63,417 bases of DNA from a virus. The notes under the pieces were generated by a model. It saw nothing but the letters and a program-made list of their open reading frames with translations, searched no databases and was not told the origin of the DNA. The position numbers were made by a program, and so were the translations under genes. The DNA is taken from IMG/VR virus record IMGVR_UViG_2710264769_000001, one strand, 5' to 3'. Positions 44,401 to 53,400 of this stretch are shown piece by piece. How positions within the stretch are numbered: position 1 is the stretch's first letter; each line of letters starts with the position of its first letter.

Positions 44401-47400
44401 GCCGGTGAACCCGGTAAGCCATGGTGGGAAAAAGATGTAGATTGGACTACTCCGGAAGAATACAAAGGGGAGCCAGGTATTCCTATCAGGATTAGACCTG
44501 TCGTTTCAAGTACCGGCAAAGGATATTCCCTGATGGACGCCAACGGTGTCCGCTTTGGCACTATCCGTGAATCATGGGAAGAAGCTGTTGCGGCGGCAAA
44601 CAAGGAGAACCGCAGGCTATATGAGGCAGAACAGATAAGGCTTAAAGCAATCCAGGAAAAGGAGAAACAGGAGGCCCCTGCCCCTACAGAGAAAACGCCT
44701 TCCGGTATCACATGGAGGCTGAATGATGAAAAGGGCGGCGTAGAGATTAAGTTTCCAGAAAGACCGGATGATGCGATAATCCAGCGTCTTAGAAATGCCG
44801 GTTTTAGATGGAGTAAGCCTCAAAAACTCTGGTATGCAAAACAAAGTGACGCCCGGATTGCACTGGCTAAGGAACTGGCTGGGGAACAGGAAAAACCGGA
44901 AGTGAAAGAACCTTCCAAAAAAGAATTGAAACCACCAGAAGATTCTGGTAAAATGGAAGCAGAAAAAGTTCCTGTCCCCGAAGGCAGGGTTGCCGATAAT
45001 ATAGACTGGCTCAAGGGCGCCGCTTCTGATGCCAGGAAGAGGCTTGCGGCTCGCAGGGCAAAGCGGGAAGCCGAAGCACAGAAAGAGGAAATGCCGGAAG
45101 AGCTTTCCTTCGCTGTCGGCAAGGCAGGCGGCCTGCCGATGGATGATCTTGTTGACTATGCTATTGTAGGGGCAGAACTCCTTGCTACCGAGAATCCCTC
45201 TTATGACGAATGGGCAGAGGTTATGCTGGAGGAATTTGGGCCAGCAATCAAGCTCTTTTTAAGAGGCATTTACGGCCAGTCCAAGGCCATGCTGGAAATG
45301 ACCCCTGCCGAAATTAATGAAATGGTTGGTATTACCCAAAGGGAGGAGGTAACGGGTCTTGAGGATCGAAGAGAACCTGATGGCACCCAGCGCGGTGAAG
45401 AGGCACTGGAAAGAGTTCCGTCCGAAGATGTACAAAGAACTGAAGGAGAGCGGGGAGCTCGACCAGACCGTAAGGAAAGCGATAAGGCTGACGATAGAGG
45501 ACATCGCAAAACTGCAAGACCAGGGACTGACGTACGAACAGGCGTGGGAGATGACGAGAAACAACTGGATGTACCTGCCGAGCGAGAAGGAGGCACCGGA
45601 GCTGGGCATGAATCTCCGGACCCTGAAATTACCACCCCTGGAAGAAGTATAACCAGCGAGAACTACAGAATCAGGCCGGAAGATCAGCTTGATACTCGTT
45701 CCAAGCTACAAAAACTGAATGACAATATCAGGGCAATCCGCTTAATGAAAGACCTGGTTGAAAGAAATCAGCCTGCTACTCCCGAAGAGCAGGCTATTCT
45801 TATTAAATACGTTGGTTGGGGCTTCTACAAAGACGTATTTGATAAGTCCTATGCGGAGAAGCATGGCCTTATGGAGCAGTATAATGCTTTAAAAGAACTG
45901 CTGACCGAAGAAGAGTTTATGTCGGCAAGGGCAACTACGCCTTTTGCGCATTATACGTCACCGGAAATTATTAACGCTATGTATGAAGTGCTCCAAAGGA
46001 TCGGGTTTGATGGCGGCAGGATCCTTGAACCGGCTATGGGTATCGGCCATTTCTTTGGTATGATGCCTGAAAACCTTGCCAAGAAAAGCTGGCTCACCGG
46101 GGTTGAGATAGATACGGTTTCCGGGAATATTGCCAAGCTCTTGTATCCCAGGGCCAATATCAATGTCATGGGCTACGAGGAATTTGACGTTCCTTACGAC
46201 AAGAGAAAGCTGCTCAATGAAAACTATTATGACCTGGCAATATCTAACGTGCCGTTTAACCGGACGCCTCCTGCCAAAGATGTGCGTTACAAGAATATTG
46301 CCGATAACCTGCATAACTTTTTCTTCGCCAAGGCGGTGGATCAGGTTCGTCCTGGCGGGATAGTAGCGTTTGTTACCTCACGTTACACGATGGACAGCCG
46401 TGATAGAAGTTTCCGGGAATACCTAAATGAGCGTGCCGATTTTCTTGGTGCTGTTCGTTTGCACAACGAGGCTTTTAAAGGCATAGCGGAAACCCAGGTA
46501 GTGACCGATATAATTTTCTTGCGTAAGCGTGCCGTGGGAGAGCCTTATGCCGGTGAGGAATGGCTGGAAAACAAAGATGTAACCGTAGAAAAGAACAGGG
46601 AAGCGATCAATGAGTATTATGTAGATCATCCTGAAATGGTAATGGGAGAAACAGCGTTTATCCGGGGCATGTATTATGCCGGTGAATACGCCGTTGTGCC
46701 GGATGGCAGGGATCTGGCTCAATCTGTAATAGATGCGCTTACAGAAAAACTCCCCAGGAATGCTTATAAGCAAAGGCCGGTCCACGAAGCGACCGAAGCT
46801 CCGAAAATAGAAGACTTTTTAATTGCGCCACCTGAAACACAAGAGGGATCTATCGTTATCCAGAAGAACAAGCTGATGATTGCACAACTGGATGATAACG
46901 GCCAGCTTGTTTTGATGCCTGCCGACAAGGTTCTTAATTTTACCCCAGGCGGCACAGTTGAAAAGAGAATTCGGGGTATGATAAAGATCCGGGATATTTA
47001 TAATGAACTACTTAACCTGGAATTGAGTGACGGATCAGAAGCAGAAATAGAAAAGCTAAGGAAAACGCTCAACAAGGTTTATGATGATTTTGTTAAAAAC
47101 TATGGCTATATAAATACTGCGGCTAACAGCAGGGCGTTTGCCGAAGATAATTCCTATTACAGAATAGCAGGGCTTGAAGTTCAAGATCCGGAAACCGGAA
47201 AGTATGTAAAGAATGATGTATTTAAGAAGCGCACTGTCCGGAAATATGAGACTAAGACCTCTGCAGAGAACAGCAAGGAAGGGCTGCTCATTACGCTAAA
47301 TGAACGTGGTGTAGTTGATATTAACCATATTGCCAGCTTGACCGGGAAAACTTCTGATCAAGTTGCAGAAGAACTAACAGGCTTTATCTTTAAAGATCCG

Positions 47401-50400
47401 GAAAAGGGATGGGTTACTGCAGACGAGTATCTTTCCGGAAACGTCCGGCAGAAACTGCGTATTGCTGAGGATGCCGCAAAACATGATAAAAGCTATGAAG
47501 CAAATGTAAAGGCACTTAAAGAAGTGCAGCCAGCTGATCTTACACCGGATAAGATATACGTTAAGCTTGGGGTTCCCTGGATAGGTAAAGATGATGTTAG
47601 AGACTTCCTTGTGCATTTACTGGACATTAAGAGTTGGGAAGCGGATGAGGTAAGAGTAACGCATGAGACAAGAAGCGGTATTTGGGGAATAGACTTCAAG
47701 GACAAAGGCGTAAAGACAAGCGTTAGGAACTCCACGGCCAATAGGAAAACGTGGGGTTTTGTTTTTCGTGGTTTTGATACATCAACGGGGCGCTCATTTA
47801 CTATCGAAAAGAGCGCTCTTGATATAATCGAATCCTTGCTCAACAGCCGCAGCCTCAATGCAACGTTTAAGCGAGTAACTTATGATCCTGTAGAAGGCAG
47901 AGAAAAAGAAAAAACTGTAACCCACCAGGCTGCTACTTTGGCCCTTCGTGAAAAAGGAAGGGAGATTGAGCAAGAATTTAAGGAATGGCTCTGGAGCGAC
48001 AGCGAAAGGGCTGAACGGTTGGCTAAGGTTTACAACTGGGAATTTAACAATTCGGTAATGCGAAACTTTGATGGCAGCCATCTTACCTTCCCGGGGATGA
48101 ACCCGGCAATTACCCTGGGGCCGCACCAAAAGGACATGGTATGGCGCATAGTACAATCAAGAGGGGCATTAGCTCACCACGTTGCCGGTTCGGGGAAAAC
48201 CTTTGTCATGGTCGCTTCAGCAATGGAAATGAAGCGTTTGGGAATTGCTAATAAGCCTATTGTTGTAACCAGACCGAGCATCATCGGCCAGTTTGCGGCA
48301 GAAGCAAGAAGGCTTTATCCAGCAGCTAAGATTTTGGCATACAGTCAAAAAGATATGGCAGCAGATAAGCGCAAGAAAGCTCTGGCGCGCATTGCTGCAG
48401 GTGATTGGGATCTTGTGATTATGCCCCATTCCAGCTTCAAGATGGTTCCTTTGTCCGGGGAATATGTTGAGAGGATCATAAACCGGGAGCTTGCAAATCT
48501 GGAGAGGTCTATCCAGGAGCAGAGAAGGGCATTAGGACAGGAAGGGAAAGCGATTGTTCGCAAAATGGAAAATGCCCGGAATGCCCTGGAGAAAAAACTT
48601 CGTGAGCACTTGGCAAAACTGGAAAGACAGCAGGATGCCGGTTTTATGACTTTTGAGGAATCCGGTATAGACGCTCTATTTGTGGACGAATCCCATTACT
48701 ACAAAAATCTTTTTTATAATACCAGTATGAACAACATTGGCAACATGGGATCGCCTCAAGGCTCTATGCAGGCATTTGATATGTTTACTAAAACGGATTA
48801 TGTCCGTAACTTACGTGACGGAAGCGGAATAGTTTTTGCTTCCGGAACGCCGATTTCTAACTCCATGGTGGAAATGTATGCCCTGCTGCGATATCTTGCG
48901 CCACAGGAGCTGGAGGCAAGGGATTTGCACAGCTTTGATGCCTGGGCCAGTGTTTTTGGCAGAGCGGTAACAGCCTCAGAGCTAAATCCATCAGGGAAGG
49001 GTTTCCGGCCTAAAGTCCGGTTTGCTCAGTTTGTAAACCTGCCGGAGCTTTTACAGCTTTATCATAGTTTCGCTGATGTGGTAAACCATGAAAGATTCCT
49101 GGAGCTTAACCCTCATATTAAGTTGCCTAAGATAGCAACAGGCCAGCGCATACTTATTTCAGCACAGCCTTCGGAAGAGATCATGGATTACATCGAAGAG
49201 CTCGACGACAGGTGCGAAGCGATTAAAGCAGGACATGTAGACCCTTCAGAGGATAACTTCCTGAAAGTGGTCAATGATGGCAGGCTCGTGGCCCTGTATC
49301 CCCCTCTCCGGGGCCTTATGGACTACAAGGACAGCCGGATCAACCTGGCTATAAACAATATATTTGATATTTGGAAGAAGTACGAAAAAGACAGGCTCAC
49401 ACAGCTTGCCTTTCTAGATCTCTCCGTACCAAAAGGGAAATCCAAAGAGCAAGAAGAGGCTGATATTGACGAAGAGGCCGAGGATGTTGTATTTGAGGAT
49501 CTCGAAGAAGATCAGCAGACCGTCTATGAGGTTATCCGCAGAAAACTGCTGGCCAAAGGAGTGCCTGCAGACGAGATCGCTTTCATCCATGATTACAAGA
49601 CAGACAAGCAGCGCCTTGAGCTGTTTGAGAAGGTGAAGCGCGGCGATATCCGCATCCTGCTTGGATCTACTTCAAAGATGGGCGAAGGGATGAATGTCCA
49701 GGACAAGGTTATTGCGGTCCACCATCTGGATTGTCCCTGGAAGCCCTCTGAGATAGAGCAACGGGAAAGAAGAGGTATCCGGCAAGGCAACCAGAACGAA
49801 GAAGTGTTTATCTACACTTACGGCACAGAACGAACTTTCGATATTTTCATGTGGCAGCTCATTTCTATAAAACAGAAGAACTTCAAGCAGGTAGAAACCA
49901 GAAACATTAACCCGGAAATGAGGGAAATGGAGAACTTCGACGAGATACAAATGTCGTCGAAGCAAATGAGTGCCATATTAACCGGCGATCCTAAATATAT
50001 GGAATATACGGAAATTGAGCAACGTCTAATCGAGCTTGCGGCCATTGAAAGTGGTTATATCGGCAAAAGAGAGGCTATAAAACGGGAGATTAGTTCTGCT
50101 TCTATGTCGCTCGAAGGCGCAAAAAAAGTGGCCGAAAAATCCAAACAAGATTTGGAAAGAGCAAAAAATATCAAAGGTGATTTGTTTGAGATCAAACTGT
50201 TTGACAAGGTTTACAAGGACAGGAAAGAGGCCGGTAAAATAATTCAAGGCGTAGAGGGTCCTTTAAAGAATGTTTTCCATAAGTATGATAAATTTAGGCA
50301 GGAATCTTTTTACACCCCCAAACAATTTTTAGACGAAATAAACAAACTCCAAGGCATTAACGCTCACCTCTTTAATGCTGAGAAATATAAAGAGGGCATT

Positions 50401-53400
50401 TCAGAAGAAGAATTAAATGCAGTAATTATTCCGCTGGGAGAATTTGCGGGCTTTCCCCTTAGTTTAAGATTGCATTATCAATATGGTGGAGCGTTAATCT
50501 TTGAGGGCAGCAACTTTTATAAAGTCCTGCTTGGTGAGACCGGGTACAACACTATCCGCAGCTTAGAGATCCGTGCTCAAGGCATAAAAAAGGATTATAC
50601 CGACAGGGTTAAATTTATCGAATCCCTCACAAAGCGACTTGAAGAACTGAAAGCAGAAGCGGCAAAACCCTTTAAATACGCCGATGAACTTAAAAAGCTG
50701 AGAAGGCGCAAAGAAGAACTGGCTCAGGAGCTTGGGATCGACCAGCTCGAAGGGGAAGTAATGGTTGAAGATGCTTATGTGCCGGAGACTTATGGCGTTG
50801 GAGTCATCGAAATAAGTCTTATGATAGACGGCATAAAGCAAAAGGTTGAAGTTACCGGCAAAGAAGTTGCTCCGGGCATAGCAATAAATAAAGGTGTGAA
50901 AAATGAGAAAAAGGATATACGAGATCTTTGGAGGGTTACTCATCTTCAATCAGGGTTGCGCTTCGGCACCTATTACGATACCATGCAGACAGCGGAGAAG
51001 GCCGCTTTAGCTATTTCAAAACTTGCTGATTGGAATGTGCCGTTAAGCGACATAAGTAATGAAATAAAACAAGAGGCTACTAAGCTTGCCGAAGATTTTT
51101 CAAAGAAGGAGCAGCAGGCGCAGGCCGAACAAGAACTTGAAGAACGCAGTTATGACATTTTCCTCAACCGAACCGAATATCTAAGCACAGAGGTTTCGGC
51201 TCCGGCAAAAGAGCTGAGACATGCGCCTGAGAGGACATCTCAGAAGCAAAAAGCAGGCGGCCTCACTCTCCTGGTTAAGCTGGTTGATAGGGGAGTAATC
51301 GAAAGACCAGCTTTCCATTTCGACGTAGGAGGCGGCAGGTATGATCTTGGTATCGAATACCTGAAGGAAAACGGGATAGAATGTATCCTTTGGGACCCGG
51401 AGGCCCGATCACCGGAATACAACAAGGCCAGCCTTGAGCGGCTAAAACAGGTAGGGGGCGCTGAAACAGCGTCCCTTAATAACGTACTGAATGTTTTACC
51501 TGACAAGGAAAGCCGCTTGGATGCTATTCGGTTCATGTTCCAGCACCTGCAGACCGGCGGCCTTGCCATTATCACTGTCCATCAGGGCGATAAAACTGGA
51601 GTGTCTAAAAAGGTTGTTGTTGGCAATCAGTATAACTGGCAGCTTAACCGGCCTTTGGAAAGCTACCTGCCGGAGATTAAAGAAGCTCTTGGCAATGCGG
51701 CAAACATCGAAATGAAATACAACGCTTTTCTTATCACAAAAAAGCGCAGGTTGGATTTAACGAGGCTGGCTAAGAGGGTTTCTGCGGAAAAAGCTGCGGC
51801 TGAAAAGGCCGAAGAGAAAGCGGAAAAGGAACTATTAAAAGTTCACAAAGAACCGTGGCAGGAGGAGCTGGATGATTCCATGCCTGAAGTAATGCACAGC
51901 ATTGCTAAGAAGGATGCCAGAGCATTTGCTAAAGCTACGGGCGCAAGAGAGGGCGAAACCGGCAAACAGGCATGGGAGCGGGTCACAAGAAAGCAGGATA
52001 TATTGAGAAAAATAGACAGAGTAATCGCTACCTATAAAGGCCATGTCAGAGGGCCGATGGCGGGATTTTTCCGGTCTAAAGAAAAGTATATACGCATTAA
52101 AACCAAATTCTTTGCGGATTTGGAAATTCTGGCGCACGAATTGGGCCATTTTCTTGACGGAGAGCTAAAGTTGTTCTCGAAAAGGAATATAAACAAGGTA
52201 ATGGGAGAAAAGGCGTTTGATAGTATTTCCCAGGAACTGGTGCTTAATTCTCCTTATGTGCAAGAAACGCTCTTGAAAGTCCGGCCCGAGGCCAGTTTCA
52301 AGCTCCAGGTTCATGAGGGTATAGCCGACTTTATTAACTTTTATATAAACGAGCCGGAAAAGGCCAAAGAGCTTATGCCGGGATTCTATGAGTACTTTGA
52401 CAAGATGATTCATACGCAGTCGGAGCTTTTAGATAAGGTGGAAGAAATCCGGGCCATAGTTGACAAGTACTATCGCCAGCCGGATATTGCCCTGGTTAAT
52501 TCCTTTATCGGCAGCGAAAAGGAAAAAACTATATCCTGGTCAAAGGTAAAAGATTGGTGGGAGCAGGTTTACTACAACATATTTGACGATTCGGCCAGGA
52601 TAGCCTATTACATGGAGCAACTCTACGGTGGGCGCAAAGTTGCCGGTGAAGGAGCTACGAAAGTGGTCGATCCGGAGAAAAATGCGTGGCTGATGTATCG
52701 GATGGCAAAAGGAGCGCAGATGGCGGCGCATAACTTTATTCGCAGGGGCGGGGGGCAGATTGAATACGGAACAAAGAAAAAGATAGGCCCTTCGCTCTAT
52801 GAAATAACTGATCCGATTCACCAGATGGGCAAGGATGAGGATGGCGTTCCGCATTTTGTCAAATTCACCGCTTACCTGGTATCGAAAATGGCTATTTATC
52901 GAGAAGATGAGCTTGGTGTCATCTCCGGGATGGATAAGGCGCAGCTTGAAGCGGCCAGGAGGCTTGTAAAAGAAGTCGAAGCCTCCAAATATTTTAAGAA
53001 ATATGACAAGGCCAGAGAAGAGATGAGAGACTTCTGCAGGTTTGTTTTAAGGCAGCTTGTCAGAGGCGGTATATTAAGCGAAGAAGGCTATGAAACCATA
53101 ATTAAAAAATATCCTGATATATACATTCCCTTCTACCGTGTCCGGGATGACCGCAAAGTTAAAAAAAGTGAAGGCCAGCATATCGCCAATATTTCCAAGG
53201 GAGTAATCACCTACAAGGGCGCTATGTTGCCGATTCAAGATCCATGGCAGAGTATTATCAGGCAGACCCACATCTTTACTATATTGGCGGACAAAAACCT
53301 TGCCATGCAAGCACTCGTCGATATGGAGCAAATCGCCGGTGGGACAGGAGAATGGTTCTCCAGCATACCTACACCAGTCAAGGTTACAAAAGCTACGATT

